A stretch of 50,266 nt of DNA from Dehalococcoidia bacterium (GCA_049642385.1 JBAROU010000056.1:1-50266); one strand, 5' to 3'; positions 34,816 through 45,180 are shown, numbered from the stretch's first letter. Notes: a model not told the origin generated them from the letters alone. Numbers and translations: made by a program.

Positions 34816-36198
34816 CTAATGCCCAACGCCGCTGACGCCCTCCGGCACCTCGGTGTACTTGCGCAGCACCGCCATCACCTCGCGGTCGATGGCGTCCAGC
34901 CCCGCCTGCGAGCGCGCCTCGAAGCGCAGGGTGAGGTTCGGCCCCGTGTTCGACGCGCGGATCAGCGCCCAGCCGTCGTCGAACGTCGCGCGGATGCCGT
35001 CGATCTCCAGCGCATCGTGGCTCTTGCGTAGCTCGTTCGCGACCGCGACCACCACGTCCCACTTCTTGTCGTCGGCGCACGGCACGCGCATCTCCGGGCT
35101 GGTGAACCAGCGCGGCACGCCCTCCAGATGCGCCGAGAACGGCTTGTCGCTCTGCGAAAGGAACGTGAGCAGCTTGATCGCGGCGAAGAGCGCGTCGTCC
35201 GCGTAGAAGTTCTCCTGGAAGAAGATGTGACCGCTCGCCTCGCCCGCCAGCGGCGCCTGCTCCTCTCGCATCTTCAGCTTGATCAGCGAATGGCCCGTCT
35301 TCCCGACGATCGGTTCGCCGCCGTGCGCGCGAATGTCGTCCATCACCGGCTGCGACGTTTTCACGTCCATGATGATCTTGGCGCCCGGCTTCTCCGCCAG
35401 CAGCCCGCGCGCGAGCAGCATCAGAATGTAGTCGGCATCGTGGCGCTCGCCCCGCTCGTCGATAACGCCCAGCCGGTCGCCGTCGCCGTCGAACGCCAGG
35501 CCGATGTCCGCGCCGCTCTCGCGTACGGTCTGCTGGAGACAGACGACGTTCTCCGGCATCTGCGGGTCGGGCAGGTGGTTGGGGAATGTGGGGTCGAGGT
35601 CCGTGTGCACCTCGACCAGCTCGCAGCCGATCTCGCGCAGCAGCGGCGGCGCGTATAGCCCCGCGACGCCGTTGCCCGTGCACACCGCGACGCGGAAGCT
35701 GCGCTTGAGCTGCGCCGCCTTCTTCAGCCGCGCGAAGTACTCCTGCTTCACCTCCCGCTCGACGACCTTCCCCTCGCCGCTGCGGAAGTTGCGCGAGTCG
35801 ATGATCGCCTTGAGCTTCATCAGCTCGTCGCCTGCGACGGGCCGCGCGCCCTCACCCGCGAACTTGAAGCCGTTCTCATCGACCGGGTTGTGGCTGCCCG
35901 TCACGTTCACGCCGCCCGTCAAACCCCACTGGCCCGTCGCGAAGTAGAGCGCCGGCGACGTGCTCAGCCCGATGTCGTACACCGTCGCCCCGGTCGAGAC
36001 CAGGCCGCGCATCAGCGCCGCCTTCAGCTCAACGCCCGATTCGCGAGCGTCCCGGCCGACGGCGATCTCGGTCACGCCCTCGCCGGCGATGTACGTCCCG
36101 AAGGCGCGCCCGAGCGCCTCGCCCACCTCGGGCGTGATGCTGGTGTCGACTTTGCCGCGCACGTCGTACGCGCGACAGATCGTTGGGTCGATGGCCAA
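34816..36198 (-). CDS. phosphomannomutase/phosphoglucomutase
   Basis: Active-site loop VTGSHNPVDENGFK, metal loop AFDGDGDRLGV and GEASGH sugar loop. Start set to TTG 36198 (AAGGAG 6 nt upstream). The track's GTG 36219 is the alternative. Confidence 0.9.
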   Translation of the reverse strand: MAIDPTICRAYDVRGKVDTSITPEVGEALGRAFGTYIAGEGVTEIAVGRDARESGVELKAALMRGLVSTGATVYDIGLSTSPALYFATGQWGLTGGVNVTGSHNPVDENGFKFAGEGARPVAGDELMKLKAIIDSRNFRSGEGKVVEREVKQEYFARLKKAAQLKRSFRVAVCTGNGVAGLYAPPLLREIGCELVEVHTDLDPTFPNHLPDPQMPENVVCLQQTVRESGADIGLAFDGDGDRLGVIDERGERHDADYILMLLARGLLAEKPGAKIIMDVKTSQPVMDDIRAHGGEPIVGKTGHSLIKLKMREEQAPLAGEASGHIFFQENFYADDALFAAIKLLTFLSQSDKPFSAHLEGVPRWFTSPEMRVPCADDKKWDVVVAVANELRKSHDALEIDGIRATFDDGWALIRASNTGPNLTLRFEARSQAGLDAIDREVMAVLRKYTEVPEGVSGVGH

Positions 36199-36288
36199 GG
36201 TTCGCTCCTTTGAAGACACTGCCGCGGACTTCAGTCCGCAGTGTAAGAGACGTCGCTAACGCCGTCGATTATACTACCACCGACTGCT

Positions 36289-37194
36289 ATGACCGAACGT
36301 GAGCGCATCGGCTTCATCGGCCTGGGCATCATGGGGCGACCGATGGCGCGCAACCTCATACGCGCCGGTTACGAGCTCACCGTCTCCAATCGGAGTCGCC
36401 CCGGCATCGACGCGCTTGTCGCTGATGGCGCGAAGGAGGCTGGCTCGCCGCGCGCCGTCGCCGAGCGGTCGGACGTCGTCGTAACTATCGTTGGCGACGC
36501 GCCGGACGTCGAGCAGGTCGCCCTGGGCGATGATGGCATTATCGTCGGCGGCCGCGACAGCCTCGTCCACATCGATATGACCACCCAGTCGCCCGCGGTC
36601 ACGCGCGCCATCGCTGCCCGCTACGCCGAGGTGGGCGTCGACATGCTCGATGCGCCGGTGAGCGGTGGTGAGCAGGGCGCCATCGACGGTACGCTCAGCA
36701 TCATGGTCGGCGGCAAACGGGAGGTCTTCGAGCGCTGCCGACCGCTCTTCGAAGCGATGGGCAAGACCATCGTCCACTGCGGCCCGAACGGCGCCGGCCA
36801 GGTTGTCAAGCTCTGCAACCAGGTCATCGTTGGGCTGAACAACCTCGCCATGAGCGAGGCGCTCATCCTCGCCGCGAAGGCTGGCGTCGCCCCGGCGACG
36901 ATGATCGAGGCGGTGAAGGCGGGCGCGGCGTCGTCGTGGGCGCTCCACAACCTTGCGCCGAAAGTGCTGGCCGGCGACTTCCGGCCCGGGTTCAAGATCT
37001 GGCACCAGCAGAAGGACCTCCGCCTCGCGCTTGAGCTCGCCCACGACGGTCACACGCCGCTGCCGGGCACCGCGCTTGTCCACCAGCTCTTCGCTGCGCT
37101 CGAAGCGGAGGGAATGGGCGAGCAGGGCACCCAGGCGCTCGTAAAGGCGCTGGAGAAGCTCGCGAACACTTCGGTGGTAGATGATGGCTCGTAG
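36289..37194 (+). CDS. NAD(P)-dependent 3-hydroxyisobutyrate / 2-hydroxy-3-oxopropionate reductase family dehydrogenase
   Basis: IGFIGLGIMGRPMARNL Rossmann motif, DAPVSGG, and GAGQVVKLCNQ. Confidence 0.88.
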   Translation: MTERERIGFIGLGIMGRPMARNLIRAGYELTVSNRSRPGIDALVADGAKEAGSPRAVAERSDVVVTIVGDAPDVEQVALGDDGIIVGGRDSLVHIDMTTQSPAVTRAIAARYAEVGVDMLDAPVSGGEQGAIDGTLSIMVGGKREVFERCRPLFEAMGKTIVHCGPNGAGQVVKLCNQVIVGLNNLAMSEALILAAKAGVAPATMIEAVKAGAASSWALHNLAPKVLAGDFRPGFKIWHQQKDLRLALELAHDGHTPLPGTALVHQLFAALEAEGMGEQGTQALVKALEKLANTSVVDDGS

Positions 37195-37216
37195 GCGAGG
37201 GTCTTCAGACCCTCGC
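37195..37216 (+). terminator. hairpin directly after the dehydrogenase stop (no U tract)
   Basis: GCGAGGGTCT-tc-AGACCCTCGC starts 1 nt after TAG 37192-37194. Confidence 0.3.
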
Positions 37217-37486
37217 GAGTCTAAGGGCCCTGACCTGTAAGATCGATTGTCGATCTCAACCGTTCTCGACGCTCCCGACATGGACGCGGCGGTGGAGATT
37301 TCCAAGTCCTGGCCCGGCCTGCCGGTCGCGCTCGAGCTGCGGCCAGTCATGAGCGGCTGAGATCCTGCCCGTCCTCGTCGCCCGTATGCGCCGTGGCTAA
37401 CCTCTCGTAGGCGCGATTCGCGAGTCGCCCTACCGTGCACTCGCGACCCGAGCGCTCGTTCATCATCCTGAGCCCGTCGAAGGACG

Positions 37487-37495
37487 TGCTATCCT
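37487..37495 (+). promoter_or_regulatory. extended -10 element TGcTATCCT, 6 nt before the lspA GTG (leaderless layout)
   Basis: TG at 37487-37488, TATCCT at 37490-37495, GTG at 37502. No SD. Confidence 0.35.
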
Positions 37496-37501
37496 GCCCC
37501 T

Positions 37502-38086
37502 GTGAGCGACCACGTCTCCGCCATGGAGGGCGATCGCCCCGCGCCCGCACCACACGCCGCGTCGGCGCTCTCGAGCGACGCGGCGCCGCCTGCGGGCGCC
37601 TCCCGTCTTCGCCGCGACGCGCCATTCTTTGTCATCGCGGCTACCGTTATCGTCCTCGACCAGATCACCAAGCACATCATCCGCGCCGCGCTGCAGCCTC
37701 ACGAAGCCTGGCCTGATGCCGCCTGGAGGTTCAACATCGTCAACGTGAGCAACAGCGGCGCGGCGTTTGGGATGTTGCAGGGCCAAACGCTCTTTCTCAT
37801 CGTCACCTCGCTGGTTGGCGTCGCGGCGATCTTGCTTTACTACTTTTACCCGCCGCTCGATCACGGGCTATTGCGCATCGCCCTCGGCTTGCAGCTCGGC
37901 GGCGCCGCGGGCAACCTGATCGACCGCATTCGTTTCGGCGAAGTGACCGACTTCGTTAACCTCGACTTCTGGCCCGCGTTCAACGTCGCCGATGCCTCGA
38001 TCACCGTCGGCGTTGTCACCGTCCTCTGGTTCTTCCTCTCGGTCGAAGGCGACCGCCTGCGCAACCCACCTTCGGCAGGTGACTGA
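37502..38086 (+). CDS. lspA: lipoprotein signal peptidase II
   Basis: VLDQITKHII, NSGAAFG and FNVADASI motifs. The 5' end could also be ATG 37523. Confidence 0.85.
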   Translation: MSDHVSAMEGDRPAPAPHAASALSSDAAPPAGASRLRRDAPFFVIAATVIVLDQITKHIIRAALQPHEAWPDAAWRFNIVNVSNSGAAFGMLQGQTLFLIVTSLVGVAAILLYYFYPPLDHGLLRIALGLQLGGAAGNLIDRIRFGEVTDFVNLDFWPAFNVADASITVGVVTVLWFFLSVEGDRLRNPPSAGD

Positions 38087-39005
38087 CGTCCACGATCTCG
38101 TCGCCGACCGTTCGGGCGAGCGGCTCGATGTCTTCGTCGCTCGCGGCGTGGCGGAGATCACTCGCTCGCGCGCCCGCAAGCTCATCGACGAGGGATTAGT
38201 CGTAGTCGACGGCCGCCTGCCGGCGAAGGCCGGCGTAGCGCTCGAGGCGGGCCAGCACATCCGCGTTACGATACCGCCGCCCGAGCCGCTCGACCTGGAG
38301 CCAGAGGCGATCCCGCTCCGTGTTGTTTACGAGGATGACGACCTGCTCGTCGTCGATAAAGCCGCCGGGCTCGCGGTGCACCCCTCGCCGGGGCACCGCA
38401 GCCACACGCTGGTCAACGCCGTGCTGGCGCATTGCCCCAGCCTTTCGGGCATCGGCGGTAAGCAGCGGCCGGGCATCGTCCACCGCCTCGATAAGGACAC
38501 CTCGGGCCTGATCATCGTCGCCAAGAACGATGTGGCGCACCTCTCGCTCGCGCGGCAGCTCAAGGAGCGCAAGGTGAAGAAGACCTACATCGCGCTTGTC
38601 GATGGACGCGTCGAGCCGCCCGAGGGCATCATCGACGCGCCCATCGCCCGTCACCCGGGCGATCGCAAGCGCATGGCCGTGGTTGAGCGTGGCCGCGACG
38701 CGCGCACACGCTATCGCGTGCTGCGCGACCTGCCCGCCCGACAGGCGGGGATCGCTGGCCGCGCGCTGCTGGAGGTGCGACCGGAGAGCGGTCGCACGCA
38801 CCAGATCCGCGTCCACCTCGCGTCGATCGGCCATCCTGTTGTTGGCGACCCGCTGTACAACAAACGCGGCAGCGCGCCCCCCGGCCTGCGACGTCAGTTC
38901 CTGCACGCGCAGCGCCTCGCCTTCGCCCACCCCCGCACCGGCGAGCGCATCGAGCTGGAAGCGCCGCTACCAGATGACCTACAGGCGGTGATGGACACAA
39001 TGTAG
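38079..39005 (+). CDS. rluD: RluA/RluD family 23S rRNA pseudouridine synthase
   Basis: Trimmed to GTG 38079 (8-nt overlap with lspA). S4-like RLDVFVARG...SRARKLIDEG, catalytic HRLDKDTSGLII, and GRTHQIRVH. Confidence 0.88.
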   Translation: MTDVHDLVADRSGERLDVFVARGVAEITRSRARKLIDEGLVVVDGRLPAKAGVALEAGQHIRVTIPPPEPLDLEPEAIPLRVVYEDDDLLVVDKAAGLAVHPSPGHRSHTLVNAVLAHCPSLSGIGGKQRPGIVHRLDKDTSGLIIVAKNDVAHLSLARQLKERKVKKTYIALVDGRVEPPEGIIDAPIARHPGDRKRMAVVERGRDARTRYRVLRDLPARQAGIAGRALLEVRPESGRTHQIRVHLASIGHPVVGDPLYNKRGSAPPGLRRQFLHAQRLAFAHPRTGERIELEAPLPDDLQAVMDTM

Positions 39006-39037
39006 GGGCGCCCTTTAGGTCGCCCGCGTCGCGTCGC

Positions 39038-39046
39038 TGCTACAAT
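39038..39046 (+). promoter_or_regulatory. extended -10 element TGcTACAAT, 9 nt before the gltX ATG
   Basis: TACAAT at 39041-39046, ATG at 39056, with no SD between them. Confidence 0.35.
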
Positions 39047-39055
39047 ACTCCCACC

Positions 39056-40516
<1,461 letters not shown>

Positions 40517-40559
40517 CGACGCTCGCCCGACCTTTGGTATCCTTAATCTCGGCCACCGT

Positions 40560-40633
40560 TGGGGATTCGTCTAACGGTAGGACAGCGGATTCTGGTTCCG
40601 TATGTGGGGGTTCGAATCCTCCATCCCCAGCCA
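40560..40633 (+). tRNA. tRNA-Gln (anticodon CTG), CCA encoded
   Basis: Hand-folded. Acceptor TGGGGAT/ATCCCCA, anticodon arm GCGGA-TTCTGGT-TCCGT, T-loop GGTTCGAATCC, and a 3' GCCA. Resembles E. coli tRNA-Gln ends (UGGGG...CCCCAGCCA). Confidence 0.9.
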
Positions 40634-40699
40634 CGGAGAACTCGGGCGTCCGGCCGTTGATCCTGAGCATGTCGAAGGGCCGGGGGCCGTTATGGACGG

Positions 40700-40776
40700 G
40701 GCGCATTCGTCTAGTGGCCCAGGACACCGCCCTCTCAAGGCGGAGATCGCGGGTTCGAATCCCGCATGCGCTACCA
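40700..40776 (+). tRNA. tRNA-Glu (anticodon CTC), CCA encoded
   Basis: Hand-folded. TCGTCTAGTGGCCCAGGACA D-region typical of tRNA-Glu, anticodon arm CCGCC-CTCTCAA-GGCGG, T-arm GCGGG-TTCGAAT-CCCGC, acceptor GGCGCAT/ATGCGCT, and ACCA. Confidence 0.88.
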
Positions 40777-40786
40777 ATCGCCACAA

Positions 40787-40826
40787 GACAGGCCTCCGCC
40801 TCAGGCGGGGGCCTGTCGCTTTCACG
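40787..40826 (+). terminator. strong hairpin after tRNA-Glu
   Basis: GACAGGCCTCCGCC-tca-GGCGGGGGCCTGTC (14 bp including one G-U) followed by GCTTTCACG, a weak U tract. Confidence 0.55.
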
Positions 40827-40847
40827 AAACGTAGCGAATGGTCCCGC

Positions 40848-40902
40848 CGCCGCCTGGCGCTTGCCCATCTTCTCCGGCGATACGTCCTCGACGTGCGTGT
40901 GG
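40848..40902 (-). pseudogene. 3'-terminal fragment of a VOC/glyoxalase-family gene (copy A of a 55-nt direct repeat)
   Basis: The minus strand encodes ...HTHVEDVSPEKMGKRQAA, versus ...HTHIEDVSPEEMGKRQAA at the end of the intact VOC gene. 51/55 nt are identical to 42409-42463. It abuts the transposase remnant at 40902/40903. Confidence 0.6.
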
Positions 40903-41120
40903 CTCAACCTGGTCGAACGCTGGTTCCGAGACCTTACCGACAAGGCCATCCGGCGAGGGGTGTTCCCGAGCGTCCCCGCGCTCATCGCGGCGATCGACGA
41001 ATACCTCGCCGTCCACAACGCTGACCCGAAAACCGTTCATGTGGACAGCCACGGCCCAAGTCGATCATCGCCAAAGTGCAACGAGGCCGAGTCGCACTCA
41101 ACAAAGCGCTGAATCAATAA
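40903..41120 (+). mobile_element. IS630-family transposase, C-terminal remnant with at least two frameshifts
   Basis: WLNLVERWFRDLTDKAIRRGVFPSVPALIAAIDEYLAVHNADPK, then (frame change) KPFMWTATAQ, then (frame change) SIIAKVQRGRVALNKALNQ*. The N-terminal ~250 aa of a full transposase are missing, and I found no inverted repeats. Confidence 0.7.
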
Positions 41121-41142
41121 CTGGACGCTACACGAGTCGGCG

Positions 41143-42000
41143 CTACACGGCATCGACTGTGGGCCACGGCGGACCCTGGCGAACGGCGCTGAGCCATTCC
41201 GCCCTTCCTGTATTGCCCGGGTGTTGGTCGTCTCGACGCCAGTGACACGCTGTGACTATCGCAAGCATGAGGCCCCGGCACTCGGCGACCAGTTCTTGAT
41301 CAGCGTCCGGATACTGCTCGCTGACCTCCTCGGGCACCCAGGCGAGGTCGTATTCGACAGGCCCGCGGCAAGAATTCTCGAAGTCTATGAAGAGCGGCCC
41401 GTTCCTCGTCCCGAGCACGTTCCATGGGTGCGGCTCGCCGTGCAGCAGCTGCTCGGCGGCGCCCCGAGCGCCGATCGACCGCCTCAAGCTTCGCAGCGTG
41501 TTGGCGAGAAGCTCCCGGTCATCGTCGGCGAGCTCCGGAGTGTCGCTCGCCAGCCATTGTTGAGTGTCCGCGACTCGATCCGTGAAGTGCGGCGTCGTGA
41601 CATCGATCTGCCGCATGCCGGCATGCAGCCCCTCGAGCGCGTGTGCGTAATCGGCTGGCGCGACCTCTCGAGCTGGCACATGTTCGTAGTAGGTCCACAA
41701 GTCGATGACGAAGCCGTCACGCACGTAGACGCGTGGCTCGACTCGAGGCTCAAGCGCAGCTACCGGGCTGTCGATCTCCGCGAGCCGTTGAGCAAGCTCA
41801 ACGGCTGTCTCTGGGCTCAGGTAACCGGCCCATGTGTGATACGCCATGGCCGCGACCCGGGCAACGACGTCACAAGGCATGAGGCGTAGGACGAGCCGGT
41901 TCGAGTCGTTAAGGACGATCGCGTCGTCGACTGTCAGGTCAAAGGCTGAGGCGGTCGACATGGCCGCAGCCACCGCTCGCGGAACCTCTGATGCCTGCAT
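41143..42000 (-). CDS. phosphotransferase enzyme family protein (APH/choline-kinase-like)
   Basis: Brenner-type motif LLHGEPHPWNVL and metal-binding FIDFENSCRGPVEYDLA. Confidence 0.75.
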   Translation of the reverse strand: MQASEVPRAVAAAMSTASAFDLTVDDAIVLNDSNRLVLRLMPCDVVARVAAMAYHTWAGYLSPETAVELAQRLAEIDSPVAALEPRVEPRVYVRDGFVIDLWTYYEHVPAREVAPADYAHALEGLHAGMRQIDVTTPHFTDRVADTQQWLASDTPELADDDRELLANTLRSLRRSIGARGAAEQLLHGEPHPWNVLGTRNGPLFIDFENSCRGPVEYDLAWVPEEVSEQYPDADQELVAECRGLMLAIVTACHWRRDDQHPGNTGRAEWLSAVRQGPPWPTVDAV

Positions 42001-42393
42001 GTTGCCCTTATCCTCGTCGCTTTGCGCCAGGAGATCTCGAAGGCGCGCAACCTGCGCACGATACCGAACTGTTCAATCGAGAACCGCGGCGGCGCAACAC
42101 CTCCCACGGGGCGCTGCTCGCATAGAAGCGTCCGAGCGAGCGCGGATGATCAATTGTTCGCAGGATGTTGATGCCATCATGTCGCGAGCAGTGCGCGAGC
42201 ATGGCCGTCTCAGTTTCCCCGCTGCCATCGACGCTTGGAACGGCAGCGTCCCTGAATGGGCTCGCATTGAACACTCCCACAACCCTGCAGCTGGTGCCGC
42301 TGAGACTTCGACATGACCAGAGGTGGAACCGCGTGACTCGCCATGCCCAACCATAACCTATACGCGCGCTCAAATAGTGGACACTACACTAGC

Positions 42394-42828
42394 CTAGTTC
42401 TGCGCCATCGCCGCCTGGCGCTTGCCCATCTCCTCCGGTGACACGTCCTCGATGTGCGTGTGGATGAACCAGCGGTTGCCGAACGCGTCGTTCACACCGG
42501 CTGCGCGGTCACCGTAGAACATGTCCTCCGGCTCGCGCTCCGACGTCGCGCCCGCCGCGAGCGCCTGCTTGTAGACGGCGTCGCAGTCCTCCATGTAGAG
42601 CAGGATCGTCGTCGGCATCGGCTTGATGTCGTCCGTCGAGTCGGCGAGCATGATCACGGAGTCGCCGATCTGCACCTCCGCGTGCCCGATCGGGCCCTCC
42701 GGCCCGCCCATGCGCATCTTCTCCTGCGCGCCGAACGCGGCCGTCATGAAATCGATGAACTTGGCCGCGCCCTTAACGATGACGTAGGGCTGGACGGTGT
42801 GGTACTCGTCTGGAATCGCTTTCACCAT
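42394..42828 (-). CDS. VOC (glyoxalase/bleomycin-resistance, PhnB-like) family protein
   Basis: MVKAIPDEYHTVQPYVIVKG...IGHAEVQIGDSVIMLADS...MFYGDRAAGVNDAFGNRWFIHTHIEDV. Confidence 0.85.
   Translation of the reverse strand: MVKAIPDEYHTVQPYVIVKGAAKFIDFMTAAFGAQEKMRMGGPEGPIGHAEVQIGDSVIMLADSTDDIKPMPTTILLYMEDCDAVYKQALAAGATSEREPEDMFYGDRAAGVNDAFGNRWFIHTHIEDVSPEEMGKRQAAMAQN
42409..42463. repeat. copy B of the 55-nt direct repeat (inside the intact VOC gene 3' end)
   Basis: cgccgcctggcgcttgcccatct(c)ctccgg(t)ga(c)acgtcctcga(t)gtgcgtgtgg, with 4 mismatches to 40848-40902. Confidence 0.85.
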
Positions 42829-42941
42829 GGTGCTTCCTCCTTGTAGAATCCCTCCCCGACACGAACGTCCTACTGTAACACTCCCGTCGGCGCGCCACTA
42901 GCGATGTCGCTCCCACCTCCGTTACACTCCGCCTCGAACCC

Positions 42942-44399
42942 ATGGCCAAGCGATCCACCGCAACACCGACGACCGACCTCGGGGCGCTCCTGCGCCCGCG
43001 TTCGATCGCCGTCGTCGGCGCGTCCAAGAACCCCGACAGCCCCGGCCACGATTACCTGCGCTCGCTGATCGACTTCGGCTTCAAGGGCGACGTCTATCCG
43101 GTCCACCCGCGCGACCCGGAGGTGCTCGGCCTCACCGCCTACCCGGACCTGCGCTCGATTCCTGGCGAGGTCGACTTCGTTATCTCGTGCATCCCCGCCG
43201 AAGGTGTGCTCGACCTGCTCGATGCCGCGGCGGAGAAGGGCGTGCCCATCGTCCAGCTCTTCACCGGTCGCTTCAGCGAGACCGGGCGCGCGGACGCCGC
43301 CGAGCTCGAGCGCGCCGTGCTCGAACGCGCGCGCTCCACCGGCGTGCGCCTCATCGGCCCGAACTGCATGGGGCTGCACGATCCCGAATGGGGCATCTCG
43401 TTCCGGCCGGACCTGCCACGACGCGTCGGGCCGGTCGCGTTCTGCTCGCAGAGCGGTAACAACACCACCGAGGTGCTGCTGCACAGCGCCGTGCGCGGCG
43501 TCGGCATCAGCACCGCCGCCAGCTACGGCAACGCGCTCGACCTGAGCGAATCGGATCTCCTCGACTTTCTCGCGCAGGACGAACGTACAACAGTCATCGG
43601 CGCGTACATCGAGGGCGTGCGCGACGGGCGCCGCTTCCTCGACGCGCTGCGCGCCGCGAACGCCGCGAAGCCCGTCGTGGTGCTCAAGGGCGGTCGCACC
43701 GGCGCCGGCGCGCGTTCGGCGACGTCGCACACCGCGGCGCTCGCTGGCTCGTCAGAAGTCTGGCAGGGGGCGCTGCGTCAGGCGGGCGCGGTGCAGGTGA
43801 AAACGCAGGAGGAGCTGATGGACCTGCTCGTCGCGTTTTCGCTGCTGCGCAAGGCGGAAGGCGGCGTCGGCCGCCGCGTGGGCGCCGTCGGTGGTGGCGG
43901 CGGGCGTGCCGTCCAGTGCGCCGACGCATGTACGGAGGAGGGCCTCGACGTGCCGCCGCTCACGGACGAGATCCGCGCCACACTGCGCGAACGCTCGCCG
44001 TTGTGGGATTGGATCGGCAACCCGGTCGACCAGTCGATCCTCGCCGGCACTGGCGCGGGCACCTCTGGTGCGGCGATCCTCGAGCTGATGGTGGAGAGCC
44101 CGGCCTACGATCTGCTCATCGCCAACATCGGCGAGGACTGGGTGCTCGGCCGCCCCGACTTCGCGCGACGCCTCGACCACATCGTTCAGCGTTTCGTCGA
44201 TATCGGCGAGCGCTGCCCGAAGCCGCTCGCCTTCGTCCTCGGCCCGGCCGACTCGCCGGACGAGGAGCGCTGGCGCGCCGTCGAAAGCGCCCGGCAGCGC
44301 ATGGTGGACGCCGGCCTCGCCGTCTTCCCCACGGTGGAGCGCGCAGCGTGGTCGCTCGCGCGCTACGTGGGCTGGTGGGAACAAGCGTCGGCTCGCTGA
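42942..44399 (+). CDS. CoA-binding / NDP-forming acyl-CoA synthetase alpha-domain protein (no ATP-grasp domain)
   Basis: LLRPRSIAVVGAS...PG, GPNCMGL, and SQSGNN...SHTAALAGS (phosphohistidine-loop type). Confidence 0.75.
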   Translation: MAKRSTATPTTDLGALLRPRSIAVVGASKNPDSPGHDYLRSLIDFGFKGDVYPVHPRDPEVLGLTAYPDLRSIPGEVDFVISCIPAEGVLDLLDAAAEKGVPIVQLFTGRFSETGRADAAELERAVLERARSTGVRLIGPNCMGLHDPEWGISFRPDLPRRVGPVAFCSQSGNNTTEVLLHSAVRGVGISTAASYGNALDLSESDLLDFLAQDERTTVIGAYIEGVRDGRRFLDALRAANAAKPVVVLKGGRTGAGARSATSHTAALAGSSEVWQGALRQAGAVQVKTQEELMDLLVAFSLLRKAEGGVGRRVGAVGGGGGRAVQCADACTEEGLDVPPLTDEIRATLRERSPLWDWIGNPVDQSILAGTGAGTSGAAILELMVESPAYDLLIANIGEDWVLGRPDFARRLDHIVQRFVDIGERCPKPLAFVLGPADSPDEERWRAVESARQRMVDAGLAVFPTVERAAWSLARYVGWWEQASAR

Positions 44400-44411
44400 T
44401 CAGGAGTTCTG

Positions 44412-45155
44412 GTGAACGAACGCGCACGTGAGGAGATCGGCTACCGCGATTTTCGCGGGATGCGCGTGGCCTCCGTCTTTCATCGCTGCGAGCCGGACAC
44501 GCGCGCCGTCGTCGTGATGGCGCACGGCTTCAAATCTAACAAGATCGGGCCTTCCCGCTACTTTGTAGATCTCTCGCGCGCTCTTGCCGAGCGAGGCGTT
44601 TCGTCGCTTCGCTTCGATCAGCCTGGCTGCGGCGACTCCGAGGGAGCGTTCGAGGAGTCGTCGTTCTTTACATGGATTGATACCATCGAAAGCTTCGCGC
44701 GCCAGTTCCACACAGAGGGTCGCGCGGTCGCGCTGCTCGGGCAGAGCATGGGCGGCAACGCATCGCTCGCGGCGGCGGCGCGCCTGGACAACGCAATCGC
44801 GGGCGTCGCGCTCTGGAGCGCCGGCACGAACGTGCGCACTGACGCGGCATCGCTGGAAGGCGAGTGGATGGAGGAGGAGGGCCAGCGCGTCCGCACAGAT
44901 TTCTGGCGGGAGGCGGCGAGCTTGGACTTCCTGGCGCTCTACCGTGGCCTGGCGGCGCCCGTGTACATCGTGTATGGGACGGCGGACGTGTTCATTCCCG
45001 CGGCCGACGCGCGCACAGTGGAGTCGATGTGCAAGCCCGGCGATCGTATCCGCGTCATCGAGGGACTGCCGCACAGCGCCTGGCCGGAGCCGCACCGGAG
45101 CGAGATCCTCGCGGAGACGGCGGACACCTTGGTGTCGTGGCTGGCGGACGCATAG
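44412..45155 (+). CDS. alpha/beta hydrolase
   Basis: GTG start after AGGAG. HGF oxyanion region, GQSMGG nucleophile elbow, and late D and H (GLPHS). Confidence 0.75.
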   Translation: MNERAREEIGYRDFRGMRVASVFHRCEPDTRAVVVMAHGFKSNKIGPSRYFVDLSRALAERGVSSLRFDQPGCGDSEGAFEESSFFTWIDTIESFARQFHTEGRAVALLGQSMGGNASLAAAARLDNAIAGVALWSAGTNVRTDAASLEGEWMEEEGQRVRTDFWREAASLDFLALYRGLAAPVYIVYGTADVFIPAADARTVESMCKPGDRIRVIEGLPHSAWPEPHRSEILAETADTLVSWLADA

Positions 45156-45180
45156 CCGCTGGTATACTGCATTCGAAGCC

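Noticed and set aside
37280-37360. 26-codon ORF MDAAVEISKSWPGLPVALELRPVMSG in the long gap upstream of lspA.
   Set aside because: It has no SD or promoter-like context, and it is too short to evaluate. It may be a relic fragment.
42001-42393. ORFs 42008-42373 (-), 42073-42354 (-) and the tail of 41846-42316 (+), in the gap between the APH-family gene and the VOC gene.
   Set aside because: All three frames give Arg/Ser/Cys-rich or motif-less products, with no SD and no GC3 bias. The region is treated as decayed non-coding DNA of the islet. A short plus-strand ORF starting MINCSQDVDAIMSRAV (about 42150-42316) cannot be excluded.
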